DNA of 64,000 nt from a virus. Below, piece by piece: positions 40,701 to 55,473 of this stretch. Location of the stretch: positions 5,363 to 69,362 of the IMG/VR virus record IMGVR_UViG_3300000304_000008. The stretch is one strand, 5' to 3'. The notes beneath the pieces were generated by a model, which saw only the letters and a program-made list of their open reading frames with translations, was not told the DNA's origin and did no database searches. The position numbers and the translations under genes are program-made. Position 1 is the first letter of the stretch. The number at the start of each line of letters is the position of its first letter.

Positions 40701-43700
40701 TTTTACAGTTTGTAATATCTAGGTTTCTAGATTACTATCTTTAATACTAGATAATCGATGATATAGAGCCGCAAATATAGCCTTTTCTCTAGATAAAGTA
40801 ACACATCTTCCTAACAATGATTTATTTGGGTCATCACCTGGAGTAGGACTATATGTTTCTATCGAACCTAATTTCTTTAAAGCTTGAGTAGCTACAGTAT
40901 CATAATCGTAAACTCTTGGTAAACCAGTAATTGGGTCTTTGCGCATTTTTAGCAATTTGTTCTTACCGTTGGGAGTATCTATATAATCATAATAATACTC
41001 CGGTATTGTAGATAAGAATAGTTTTACTATACCTAAAGCATTATCCTTTTTACTAAACTCATGTGCTGCTTTACCGTAGTTCTGTATACCTGTTTCTTCT
41101 CTATCTAAGAAGTCATTCTCTTCATTATTATCTATCTCCCTAATGCCTAATTGAGCTAACATTGGTTGCATTTCATACATCCAATCGTCAAAATTATCTA
41201 TTATTTCTTGTATAGATTCTTTTTGTTGTGTAGTAGTTTTAGAACTAGATACAACTCCTTTAAGCATATCTAATAATTTACCTTTATTAAGGTTATTTAT
41301 ATCAGATATGAATTTAACTCCATTAGCTATTAATAAACAAGAGCACAAACTACTCATAGTTGTGTGAAAATCAGATAATGTAGGGAAATGATTAGGCTGA
41401 TGAGTGCCATCTTTACCTACTTTATAATAAGCTTCATTATCAATATAAGCGTTTTTAAACTCAGCTACACTAGCTTCATTTAATTTATATGATTTAAAAT
41501 CACCATACTTAATAGCTTGATAAATAGAATTAAGATTTCTAGGATTTATTCTACGATTTAAACCGATAAACTTAAGTATATCTCTAAATATCTTATTAAT
41601 ATAATATCTTAATGTAGACTATTTATCATTAAGCATATATTCCATAAATCTATCAGCTAATGCTTCTTCTAATACCTAGTCTGATACATTTCTATACTGA
41701 GGATATTGTTTACGATATTCTTCATACAGATTCTTCCTCATTTCAGGAGTAAGCATTAACAACGATACTCTATGCCATGCTTCATGATACTGTACACCTT
41801 CTACTGCCATATTAGATATATTAATACAATCTGCATTACATACACCATATACAGCAGAACCATTAGCAAACTATCTAATTACTCCATCTGTAATAGTTAT
41901 TTGCTCATCTGTAAGACCAAATGTACGTTTTAACCATTTAACAGCTTTAACTGTATTAATACGTTTAAAGTGTCTTAACTAAGTTCTGTTAGATATTTTA
42001 TATGCACCTAAATTTTTGAATAGGTCATCTACATTCATACCATCACCAGAGAATAGTTCATCAACCTAATCTTGTACTTCTTTTGAAGTGGGATCCTTAT
42101 ACATCAAGCGTTCTACTTTATTCATTGCTTGGTCAACTGTAATTGCTCCGCTATGAACAAAGTCTAACAATTGCTCCAAATATCTCAATACTGGTAAAGG
42201 TGCAGTAGTTTTCTAAGAAAAATTAGAAACTCTGTCATGCAATTGCTAATGTGTGCTATTTATATCTTCAAATATTCTTCTTATAGAAGACCTTAAATAT
42301 TTTATCTGCAATTCTGATAAACTTAAACTAGTACTTTCAGCGCTAGTCCAATTTTGTATCGTTCCGACAGGGTCGCTCTATAAAAATTCTTCTACATTTA
42401 CTTCTTGTGAAGCAGTAGGTTGTTCGGTTTGCTATACTTGGTCACGTATAGGATTTAAAGAATTTTGGTCATATATTCTTTCCTAACCATCAGGCATACG
42501 AACACTAATGGTACCATTACCGTGAACTCTGATTACTTCACCAATTATATCACCAGATGGTCTCCATATAGAAACTTTATCGCCTACTTTAAATTTAGAT
42601 TCTTTAACAGTTGATGGTTCAGGATTAATTGGGTCTTCAGTTGCAGTCTTTAATTGCTATTCTTGTTGAGTAGGATTATCATTTATAACAGGTTCGCCTA
42701 CATAAATAAAAGGACTAGTATAAATCTAATCTTGTAAATCAGATTGTAATTTACCTTCTTTTATTAACCATTCTAGACCAGTATAACCATTATCTCCAGG
42801 TATAGGTTGTAATGGATTCCTAAAATCATTTACTTTCTATAAACCTAAATCTTTAAGTGTAATCTTAAATCCAGGAGCTAATTCTATTTCATCTGGAATA
42901 GTATTTAAGTCCATGTTACGATAATGAGACCTAAAATAAGAAGTAAACATATCTCTCATAGGAGTCTATAAACCTTCATAATCCATAGACCAGTGAGAGT
43001 TTTGTTTAATGAAGTTTGTTACTTCCGCTAACCCCTAATCGTTTTGATATTCAGCTAATGGTCTAATGGTAGTACCTAACTATAGCATTGGAGTTTGGTC
43101 TTGTGTAAACAGTTTAATCTGTTTATCAGACATTATATCAAATCTAGGGTCATTCTCACTTATCTGTTCCCAATCAGTAAATATCAATAGCTTACGTAAA
43201 GGTTCTGTATCATACCCTTCTCTTGTCCTAGAATATAATACAGCTTGAGCCGCTAAATCTGCTAAAGCATTATCTTCATCTGCAAATCGTTTCTCGTTTA
43301 ATTTAATTACAGAATTCTATAATCCTGACGGGTTACTATTAGCAGAAGGAATGATAAATATATTACCGTATCCACCACGTATTGCTTGCCCATTTAAATT
43401 TTGTTCAAGATTATATTTAAGCCCAGGGTCGTTATTCAATACAGTTAACCTAAAATTATTTCTATAACCTTCACCTATACCGAATGCTATATCTGTATCA
43501 AGTAATCCATGTAAATCTGATGGTAAATTTAATCCTTTAACTTCCTGTAGATTCCTATTTACAGCAGCTTGATATGTCTAACCATCTCTAGTAACAGTCT
43601 ATCTGTTAGCATTCAATTGACCATTAGTCATTCTAACATGATTGAATGTAACAGTAGCATTAGGATTACGTAATTTAGCCTCTATAATAGTATTTCTAAG

Positions 43701-46700
43701 CGTTCTAAGACCATTTTCTTCTTCAGGTGATAACTACTACCCGTGAGCTAATTTAAGCTGTTTAGCACCATCTATTGTCTTTAAAGCTGTAATGTACTGT
43801 TTACCATCAGGAGCTTGTATTGTAACATATACAGCTGCATTATCCCATGTCTTTTTGTCATTAGGGTTATATGCGCCATATTTAGAATTAGAATCAGCTA
43901 CTTGAGCAGTAATAGAACTATTACTTATATTACCAGGAGTAGAAGAGAAAGTGTTAAAAGAGCTACCAGATTCATAACCCTAAAACATTGGAGTATCTGT
44001 ATTCTAATAATACAAAGTACCTTCTGTTAAATTGTTATCTGGTTGTGGAGTAGGAAGATTCTAATTGCCTTCTACCAATTTATCTTTATATTCTTCTGAT
44101 GTACCTTTATCAACGATTTCAGGTTTATTAACAGGAGCTGCTTCAGTAGGTATAGTTCTAGGAGTTTCAGTTTCCTATTCTTCTCCCTGTTCAGCCTAAC
44201 CCGTTTCATTAGGGTCAAATGTTGAAAAACTAGTTAAATCAAAAGGTTTACTTTGCGATTCATCAGATTCATTAGATGCTCCTTCGTCTGCCGATGTAGT
44301 AGGATTATCCGAGTCATTATTAATATTAGACTCCTACTATTCATTTATAAAATCCTCTTCGGTCAATTCATCCTACGTATAATCGTCATCATTTGTATAT
44401 GGCTCAGAAGGGTCATATGTGGGTAAATTAGTTATATCAAAAGGAACTTTTGATTGTGATTCAGGAGAAGGTGAAGCTGGAGGAGAAGGAGGAGTAGGAG
44501 GAACCTAAGGAGTAGCTGGTGGAACAGGACCTTTAGACTCATCATTACCGTTATTATCGGATTTATCTTCTGATTCTGGTTTATTTTGAATCTGTTCGTT
44601 ATCTGTACTTAATACTACTTCTGGTGTGTCTGTAGCAGCAGTGTTATCGTCTGTTCTTTCAGGTTCTACAGTTGAAACATTATCTTCAGTATTATCTACT
44701 ACACTCTGTTTGTACTTATCTATAGCAGCTTGCATTGTAGCTTTATCTGAACTTAATTTACTATAGTCTTGTCTAGTTTTACGTAAAGCTCTATCTGCTA
44801 TAATTGTTTGTAAGAATGTACTTTTAATATTGTTAACAACGCCACGTAATGTTTTATTCTCAACAGTTTTATCAATACCAGCTTGTTTTAACGATTCGTT
44901 AATATAATTAGCTTCTTGTTGTAATGATGATTGATTTAAATACATTTCATCAATTAAATCCATCATTTCTGGTGTTGAATGTCTTGCATTAGCTCTTTTA
45001 AGTTTGTTTAGATAACTACTTATGGCTTGTTGAGAATATTTATTTAAAAAATAATTAGTTAATAAAGTAGCATTTTCTTCAGATAAACCTTCTGTATTAC
45101 GTATAAGTCTATTTACAGCGTTCTAAACACTATTAATAAATTCAGGAGTACGTATAGAATTATATGAAGATTGCATTCTATCAAGTATATCTTCATTGTG
45201 CTTAAGTAAAGCAGCAGCGATTGGTCTATCTGCACGATTAAATTGTCTAATAAAACTATTATTTTCAATTATATCGTATATATCATTTATATTCTACTTT
45301 TCTTTTTCTAAGTCTTCCCTGGTCCAACCTTCCGGTAAGAAATCATCATTAAGTTGTGTATCAATACCATCTAGCATTGCTTTTCTATCAGCCATACGCA
45401 TGTTGGCTTTCTCACCATACTTGATGTATTTATATACATCTTCTTTAGCTTGTATCTATTCAGCCATCATATGACGAGCTAAGTCTCTACCGGCAGTATA
45501 CCCTCTATAATTACGTACACCATCTCTTATATTAAGAGGTCCACCCATCAGAAAACCGATAGCCATACCAACTTTAAAATTATCGGCAAGTTCTTTATCA
45601 GAATTTAATGCGGGGTCACCACTAATACCAAGTACACCAGCCATACCTTTTACGAAAGCATAGCTATTTTCAGCCATCATTTCAACAGTATCAAAAGGAT
45701 TATACCAATCTCTATCTTCATCAGAAGGGTCTCTAGAAATCATATACTGTGTAGCTTCTTCGCCACCTTCTAGCAAAGCATTAGCCCCCATCCTATATAT
45801 AGGTTCTACAACATACTTCATAGCACCACTAGCGGCAGCTCGCTTAGCTGCACTAGCACCGGCTTTACGCATGGTATAGTCTACAGCCTTATCTAATCCT
45901 TTATATATTAAATTTGTACCTACTTCGCCAATATTGGAGTTCTATAAAGCCTTACCAATGATTTTACCTGCGCCAGGTATCATAATAACGTTCTAAGCTA
46001 AATCTACACCAACTAACGCCATATTACGATTATATACATCATTTAATCTATTCTTTGCGTCAGCGGCAACAACATTTAGCTCATCTATACCAGTATCTAT
46101 ATCATATGCCAGCATTGCATCTAACACTTTATCATCAGATACGGTAGAATAGTCTTGACCAGTAAGAGCTGTAAGTCTTTGTCTTACTCCTGAATTAGTA
46201 ATAGCACTAAGCGGTAATTGATTTTCATTTAAAAAATCATAGATTTTACCTTTGTACGCACCAGATACTTCAGCTAATGACTCTTGATTGCGAGATAACA
46301 AAGTACTACCTGCCATTAAACTCATACCTAAGTATGCACCACCAGCTGTACCGGCAGGACCTGCGAAAGAACCAGCCGCGCCTAATAAAGTAGCCGCCCC
46401 ATATGCTGCTAAATTAGTAGCCATAGAAGGAACAGAGGAAGCTATACCTGCTGGTATTTGGTAAAACCAATTTTTCTTTTTAGCATCTTCCCATTCATCA
46501 CTTGGTTTATAAATAGAATCAACTTGGTTGAGTAAACCTTGCCAGAATTCCATATCATCTCTATCTGTATTGATATACTCATTAAGTTTAGTCAAACGGT
46601 CATTGATTTTGTTTATGCGCTTATCAATATCTTCATCCCGATAGTATTTATTATAATCTTCTCTTTCATCGTTCATACGAAGATAATCTTGTCTCCATTG

Positions 46701-47288
46701 GTCATCCATAGATTTGTAAACAGAATATTCTTCGTATGCCTAATCGATTTCATCCTGATTGCCAGAACGCATAGCCTAGGTTAATTTACTCCTAGTTCTA
46801 TTTAAATCTTTATAGTTTTGTAAATATTGTTTCTAAAAATTTAAATCATCAGATTCTTTCTAATCTCTAAGTATATTACCTATGTTAGATTCTATAAAGT
46901 TTTGTACACCACTTCTTAAAAAGTCAAAAGCAGCGTCTTTAACAAACCCTTTCTTAATATCTTGAGATAACTAATTTGTAGTATACGGTGTACCAGTTTC
47001 AAATGGATTTGTTGCTTCATTAATATTGTATTTATTAAGTTCCGCAATTTTATTACCCAACTTCGTAAAGAACCCTGGTTCTTCAGAGCTACTTGATTGG
47101 TTAGCTTCTGTATTTATAACAGGAGTTTCACCAACATCATATCTATCAATCAACTATTCCGCAGGACTATAAATCACTGCGGAATTAGTATCATTACTAG
47201 AAGATGCTGTAGCTGCCTAAAGTAACGCTTCGAAACCTTTGTCGATTTGTTCTCTACTGCTTGCAGTAAGTTCTGTATTATTTGCCAT
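31736..47288 (-). CDS. giant virion RNA polymerase polyprotein, join(37488..47288,31736..37195), ~5,086 aa, TAG=Gln
   Basis: All ORF-track fragments fall in one frame on each side of the intron; catalytic GSDFD|IDKLY; HEAWH zincin (~41770); SF1B helicase motifs; SLOG-like GGAVGAD domain near C-terminus. Confidence 0.82.
37196..37487 (-). mobile_element. ORF-less group I intron (292 nt) in the RNAP catalytic motif
   Basis: Exon TTTTGAT pairs with IGS GTTAAAG (U.G), ATCGACTAT/ATAGTC P7, terminal G; removal fixes the frame shift and restores DFDID. Confidence 0.88.
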
Positions 47289-47293
47289 AATTG

Positions 47294-49135
47294 TTATTCG
47301 TTGTTTTCATTAAAAGTTACCCATGGGAAAGCCTAGTCTTGTACATCCTAATATAATTCAGAATACGTAGTAGGATTTACTGTGCTCTTTAAAGCGGATT
47401 GATTTAAATATTCTGCTCCTACAGCGTCCATAGGAACTTCACTAGTTAAATTAACTACCCAATAATTATTGCCATTGGTTGTTGAAGTACTGGATGAAGC
47501 TTTTTCAAATGAAGGAGTAGCGCCATCCTAATCATAAGTACCAGATAAACTAGTAGTAGTTGTAGTTTTACCAGGTTTAGTATATAATACTGCACCAGCT
47601 TGTTTCATATCACTATCTGTAAGTCCTCTTGCTTTGGCTTCATCAGCAGATATAGCTACTCTTATAGTTTGCATACTTAACGAAGTATCTTTACCAAATC
47701 TATCTTTAATTGGTATAGTAAGTATACGCTCGTTGCTCAATACAATCATGTTGTTTAAACCACCGCCTTTGAGCTCATTTAAGAATTTACTTCTACCAGA
47801 AGGAGTAGGATTTAAACCAGCTATAGCAGCTATGCTTCTAGTGGCTAAGTCCAAATTAGCCCCACTAGATAATGTTCTATATTTGCCTAACGGAGTAGTT
47901 TGAGCATCTGCGCTAATACCAGGTATAGTATTTAAAAGCAAATTACCATAAGTACCAGATATAGGGGTAGAGAAATTATTTAACACGTCGTTAGTAGCTG
48001 CTGTTACCTGACCTGTGTTCATTTGTAAACCACCTTTATCTGTAACCGTACCATGTTGATCAAACACAGACCTAAATAATTGTTGAGGCGATTGATACGC
48101 GTTATATAACGCCTGTAACTCAGTTCTACCCTGTTCTTGCAATACAGGGTCTTTACTATTTAAATGTTCTACAGCGGTACGGTAATTTGGATTACGCGCT
48201 ATTATATCTATTCTACCGTTTAAGAATGTTCTATCACCTGTTGTTTGTATTTGATTAGTTAAGTAACGAGGATTTCTTGGGTCTTCAGGATTTTTATCTC
48301 TGTTAGCAGGATTGTTTGGATCTGCCCATCTGCTACGAATCAATTGATCATTATATTGCATAGTAGCAAAAGGATTGGTTCTCCTGTTCTCATGAGCGTA
48401 TCTAGAAGCAGCTAAAGTTAAATTATTAGCTAATAAAGCTTGAGCATCTTCAGGACTGTAACCAGCTCTAACGTATTGTCTCATATACTCTCTACCTTGC
48501 GGTGACGTAAGTAAAGAATTCATGTTAGCTCCAATTACGGTTTGTATCTATTCTGGAGTTACACCGTAATAGTCAAATCCATCTTGAGTTCTAATGTAAC
48601 TATCTTTGATACCGTCTATATAAGGTTTAACCAATTCTGCTGTAGAACTATACGGTGTTACATTAATATCATTAAACAACCCTTGCCTTAAAGTATCGTA
48701 GTTTGTCATGCTAATATTATGCCAAGGCTCATAGTAAGTACCATCCTTAATTAGCTCTTGAATATTCTTTTGTCTTTGTAGCATGTTCTACCTACTCTAT
48801 TCTAGCTAACTTAACTCAGCATACGGTCTAGTGTTAATAAAATTCTATATTCTACGTCTACCTTCTGGTGTACGCAATATGTCTGGATTAGCTGCTACTT
48901 CGTTAGCTAATTGCGATGCTGGCTTAACGGTTAAATCATACCATCTCTAAGTATCTACAGCTGATGGTGAATTAAATTCCCTATACTATTGTAACGCTGT
49001 TTGAAATGCTGTTTCTGTCGCATCTCTCTGCGTATTATACACCTAACCTAATTTATACAAAGTATCAAAAGGTATAGGTATATACTATTCTACATACGGC
49101 GCAATTGACGCCTCATCATATCTATTTACTGGCAT
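47294..49135 (-). CDS. virion cargo/ejection protein (613 aa, TAG=Gln)
   Basis: Starts MPVNRYDEASIAPYVEQYIPIPFDTLYKLG; joins ORF fragments 48548-48784 and 47528-48523 in frame. Confidence 0.75.
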
Positions 49136-51159
49136 TATCTCATTCCTCTTTTTAAGTTAGCAAAAGCTTCACTAGTAGAACCATATTCTAAGAATGGTCT
49201 CATATATTCTAACAAAGCCTAATCTCTTTTATTCTAACGTATATCTCGCAACATTGATGGAATTATTGCAGCATTTGCACTACGATATTGTCTACGTAAA
49301 TTACGTGCTTGTGCTCTATTCTGTGCATATTCTACATCAGCAGTATGCTGTGCTTGAGCATTAAATTGTGAAGTAGCGGTAGCAACTTGTGCATTTCTTG
49401 CACGAGTTTGATTATTGATGGCTCTTTGGTTATTGTACGCTTCGTTGATAGCTCTATTTCTAGCAACAGCTGACTATATACCAAACGCTAAATTAGCACC
49501 AGTTCTAGGAGCTAATTGAGTTTCATTATATCTAGCAATAGCATTAGTTCTGTTTATTGCATCTAATTGCGGCTAGATATTGTATTCTACAGGACTAAAG
49601 TATGCTCTAGCATATCTTGGATACACCGGTTCAGGATTTAAATCTTTAGCATTCTGATGGTTGGCTATAAATGAGGATAAACCTGATATTAAAGGACTTA
49701 AATCACCAATATTGAAACTTCTAGAATTATTACCAGCGTTACCTTTTGAATTAGTTATGTTTCTTGTAGCTCTAGGTATTGTTCTAGCTTGAGTAGTGTT
49801 AGCTAAGTCACTTAAATCTAAATATGGTACTTCGTTAGAATTTACCGGAGCAATTGTTCTAGTGTTACGTCTAAAGTTAACCATACCGTTATCTGAATTA
49901 ATAAACGCTTCTACATAAGGATGTAAACTTGATTGTATCTAAGATAACTATTCAGGAGTTACATTTCTACCAAGATGTCTTAACCAAGTAGCGGTACCTG
50001 GTAAACCATCTCTCCACGTTTCAGGACTATCACCAGTACTACCAACTGCTGTTAATCTATTATTTCTGTATAAATCTCCTATAGCAGCATTTAAATCTGT
50101 TAAATTATCAAACGCTCCTTGATATTTTCCTACCGCTTCACTTGGGGTAATAATATTGCCTGGTTTAGTGCTCGTAAATCCCAACGTAGCATAAGTATTC
50201 TAAAGATTGTTGTAATCCTGCATATTTTCAGGAGTAATCATACTCAATGTAGAACGATACCAATCGGTTGGCATAATATCTCTAGCCCAGCTTAAATCAT
50301 CTGCTGACCTTACGTTTTTAGTACCTTTATCATATTTACCAATAGATTTCTTTATACCTTTCTTTTTCTTCATATCTTCTTGTATAGTAAGTAATTCGTC
50401 ATATGCTTTCTAGTTATGTCTATCGTTTAGCATTTTACTATTCTAAGCATATATATCATTACCGTATTTCTATTTCTTCATTAATTTTCTACCTACTTCT
50501 GCAAATGTTTCTTTAGTACCTGGTACTTTTAAGGTATCACTTAATACCTAAGTACCTTCTGGTACAGATACCAAATTACTATCCGTAGGTTTACCTTGCT
50601 CTGGTATATTTATTATTTCACCATTTGGTGTACGTAACAATTCACCATCATCTACATATGCTAAAGCGTTCGGTATTACACCACCATTGGCTGCCAGTGT
50701 ATAATCATTTGCACCGTTTTCCTAGTACCAGTCATATGCTGCTGTAGTATTATAATCTCGATAAGCATTGTTTTCACGAATATTTCGTGAGCGTTCATAT
50801 AATTCATCTTTAGATGGTCCACGTCTACCTTTAATACCTGAACCTTCGGTTACTTCACCTGTTACAGGGTCAACAGAACCTTTACGCCCCATAAGACTTG
50901 GTACAAGTCCTGAAACACCACCAACAACAGCACCGATAGCTGCACCCCATGGTCCACCAATAGCCATACCAGCAGAAGCGCCTGATGCCATACCACCTAA
51001 TGTTGAACCAATAGTATTGGCTGCGGTTACACCATTTTCTTTACTATTCTAAGCAGCTTGCATACCTATCTGAACAATAGAACCTGCACCGTTCAAACCG
51101 CCAACTGCATCTGTAGCACCAAATTTATTTTTTGGTATATTTTTTAATCTTTTTTTCAT
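49135..51159 (-). CDS. virion cargo/ejection protein with Gly/Ala-rich hydrophobic N-terminal segment (674 aa, TAG=Gln)
   Basis: GASAGMAIGGPWGAAIGAVVGG and AYVDDGELLRTPNG..IPEQGKPTDS motifs; three ORF fragments share the frame; TAATG overlap with next gene. Confidence 0.75.
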
Positions 51160-54100
51160 ACTAATGAATCTCTATATGTCGTTTTAATGAAAGGTATTTC
51201 TATTTGCCTTTCTTCATTACAATTAAATGTATAATCACAAATCAAATATTTACCTCTCATTCTTGCTGCATAAGACATGCTTTCTTTTGTTTGAGTTTCA
51301 ACATCATCTAAATGTTCACGAGGTATAAAAAATCTATAAGTATCCTCCCTATTATCTATTACTTGATAATCTATTGCATCTGTATACTACGTTTTAGTCG
51401 TAAATACTATTGACGTAATCTATTTTAAATCGTCTAATTGCGCATCAAAGAATACGTTATCATATACTTTTGTTTGAATATAATTATCATTAATAATCAG
51501 TTGTAATTTACAGATTTTATCTTCTACATTACTATTAATTAAATTATATGTATTGTGTATATAATATATATTATTATCTTTTATAGTAGCTATATGATCC
51601 GAAAAAGGTAATGCGAAATCTATTGCATGGGTATAGAAACTAGTAAAGAAATTACACTATTCATTAAATATTAATGGCTTATCAACGATATTAAACCATA
51701 CCTCATTATATTTATTATCATATAATGATACTACAGATGATTTATTTTCTTTATCCGTATTATTCAAACAAGTTTGTACCTTTTTGAGTTTAGATAATTC
51801 GATAATAGAATTGTTATAAGCACATAATATATTTTTATCATAATCATACCAATATATGGTAGATGTGCTGGTAACTATACTCTTATCTCTTATTTTACTA
51901 TCACCATATTGTTGAACAACATAATCGTATCTACCAAGTACTGTACCAGTGCCTAATACTAATTCAGCATCATTCTAGTCTGTTATTAAAGAACGTTCGT
52001 TTACTTGAGCTATCCCTAATGCATCATCCTAAAAGAAAAATAAACGACCGTTAAAGTTTAACAGATTTGTTATATATCCGTGATTATTATCTACATCTAA
52101 ATAATCTGCAAATCTGAATTTTGACCAACTATCTATAATTTCACCACTGGTTTTTACATCAGAAGTAATTATTCTTGTAGGGTATTCATTGAAATCTTTA
52201 TCATATACACCTTTTTGTACTTTATTCTAAACGCCATCTGTATTACTATATGCTGAATTATAAGAATACATTGGTTCAGATTGAGAACCAAATGCATTTA
52301 TACCTACTTCTGTCATATAGTAGGTATTAGCATATCCACCACGTTCGTTAGAACCTGCTGATGTATTCTATAGAAAATGTTCATCTGTTCTTAAATATAC
52401 ATTAACTGATGATTCTAACGGTATTAATGTTTGTATATACGCTCTATTACTTAACGATAAATTATACTATGGATCATTAGGATAATATAAACTAGTATAG
52501 GTATGGTCTAATATACCTAAGAAAGTATCTCCATTAAAACAATTAATATCCGCTTTATTACTTTCAACTTTACTATATCCGCAACTTACATTATAAATAG
52601 AATTACTTCTAGAAAAGTAACTATTACCTCCGTATTGAGCTTGAGATCTACGTTTAATGTTACAAATTAAAACAGACTAAACACCATAAGTACTTTCATC
52701 TGACATTTGTTTACACAATTGAGGATTCTAATCGTCTATACCAACAAATCTTGAACCAGCGTCATCGCCATACATGTCTTCTGACTGTATTAAAAGAGTT
52801 ACACCATGTATACCATATCTAACAGTACTTTCAACTTGTACAAAAGGTAAATTTCTCCAACCACCTATGGAAATATTTTGATATGTGTAATTACCAACCT
52901 AATCAATATATTTATTCTCAATATCAGTAATAGAAGTAACTATTTCAGTATTGGGTATGTTTGATGCTATTTTAACCGCATCAATCATTTTACTATACCT
53001 GCGTGTAGTAGTAGAATACCCACCAGATGTAGCATTACTACTATCGTAAAATTTAAAATATTTAAATTCAGCACAAGGTATTGTCCATATTGGAACTGAG
53101 CCAAGCAATGATCCAAAACACCATGGTTCTAAACCATCTGTAACTAATATGTTACCTTTTCCGTGTGGGTCATCGCTAGGGGTATCTGTTACTTGTATTA
53201 TTGCACCAGTGTAATTATAATCATACGATGTTTCACCACGTAACTCTTCAGCCTAAAACTATATACCTGCATTCTAAGGTAAAGTATTAAATCTAAATAA
53301 AAACGGATATAACTGTATACCTTCGTCTGGTGCTAATCTACTAGGGGTAGACTGTATTACAGAAGAAGCTACATACAAAGGAACTATATAGTCACCAGGT
53401 CTAATTATTTCTGTATCTTTGTTAAAATCCTAATCAGCTGATATAAATTCAAAAACATCTTCTGCATTATTAGATTCAGTATAAGTTAAACCGTATGGAT
53501 ATTCATGATCGTCTTCACCATCCACACCAATTGTAGCTACGTTATGTTGTCTAGCAAATCCAGGTATAATGTAAGGTCTTAAATCATTAGAATTAGTTAC
53601 ATCCACTTCATAATTATTCCACAACATTAACTTACTTAATGCACCTTGTGTTACTACAGTTCTATCTGATTCTGTTCTCCTGCATCTTACTATTTCTATA
53701 GCTTTTACATCGTTAGGTATATTACTAAACTAAAATCTAATACCAAGTGGTCTAGATGTAAGTTCATTAGAACCAGATACAGCATTATTACTAGTTAAAC
53801 TATTTACACTATACGCAAACGGTGAAAAAGTAAAATTAGACTTAATCTTACACAATGCGTCCGGGAATCTTATATCACCAATCCAATGCACTGGAGAAGC
53901 AATACTTTTTGAATTATAAAATACTACACCGAATCTATATATCTCATCTCTCTAATACGATAGAGCTTTAGTAACTATTTCCGAATTACTATAATTTTTT
54001 ATACCAGGATTAACAGGTATTGAATAATTAGTACCGTTAGGTATACTAGTAGTAACTGTTAACTGTGTTGTAGCGTTACTAGTAGAATTAGTGGTAATAT

Positions 54101-55472
54101 CATATTTCATCTTTACTACACCATCATCTGAAACAGTTTTATTTTCTGATTCAGTTAAATTGGTCATAGTAAAATAATATACTACGTTTTTACCAGCGCC
54201 ACCATAAACATAACTACTACCATTGTTTACTATAGTATAAGAGTAATCATCAGCTAAACCTTCTTGAGGATACGTAATGTACTAATTTAATGGGTTTATA
54301 CAATCATGTGTATCAGGTACTATAGAGCTACCATTAATTATATCAGATAGCTTGTATTCTAAAACATCTTCCGTATTTATACTAGTAAGTTTTACTTTAC
54401 CTTGTTTATTACAACGATAAGCTCTTGCATCGTATTCTACATCCCAAGTAGTTTCAGTTATATTTGCAGCAAACAATCTATTATCTTTTTTACATAACAC
54501 CTATGCAGTAAAATCTACTAATCTTATTTCATTAAACTGTTCTATTGTTAATTCGTTTAAAGCATTCGAACCATCATCAACCAGCGTTAAGCTAACATTA
54601 CTACCTGTATTATTGAAAGTACTTTCATTAATTAAAGTTATAGTAGGGTCGTCTGTTGAACTAGTGTATAGTATTCTATATAACCTTAAGCCATTAAATT
54701 GAGTAGAAGCATTAGATATATTTACATTTAATCGTACGCCTCTATTACTGATCTACCTACTAGATGGATAACCATTTACGTCTATCGTATTGATTGCATT
54801 AGGAGATATAGGCATTTTTAAACTTACAGGTGACATAGCTGATTCTATACCATTTCTAGAAAACAACTAATAGCAATACTGTACTTGCCCTACAGGCAAT
54901 GCACCAGAAATAAACTAGCCTAATTTGGGTGGTTCTAATATACATTTACCAGTAATATCAATATCACCAGATTCTATCTCTCTATTATAACCAGTTCTAG
55001 TATTAATTATTTTTAATGTGTTTTTACCATCTGTAATATATACTTTGCAAACATCTCTGTTTTCGCAATTCAGTATCATCTGTACATCGGTTGTAATACC
55101 CCAATATCCTTTACAAACTACAACATTGGATAGATTTACCTAATCGAAATGTGATATTTCAATTAACGTATTATAAGTTCTGTTATCAATCAGTCTGTAT
55201 AATAAAACATAAGCTACGTCAGTATATTGGCTTTCAAAATTATACGATTTGCCAGATACTACACCCAATACAACACCTTCCATTTTCCAATTAGTATTTA
55301 TACTATAACGGTGTACGGTATCTGTTTCATTCAGAATACTTGTAGACCCATCGTTGTTTGTAACAACTCGTACGTTTTCTGCATAACTCCATGACTGGTT
55401 TGGAATAGAAGATAAATCAGAATCCAAATCCATTCCACCAGTAAATATGTTTGTCTGAGATTTTATTTCCAT
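51156..55472 (-). CDS. tail stabilisation/muzzle protein (1,438 aa, TAG=Gln)
   Basis: Starts MEIKSQTNIFTGGMDLDSD..AENVR; five ORF fragments share the frame; ends at TGA overlapping the next ATG. Confidence 0.78.
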
Positions 55473-55473
55473 A

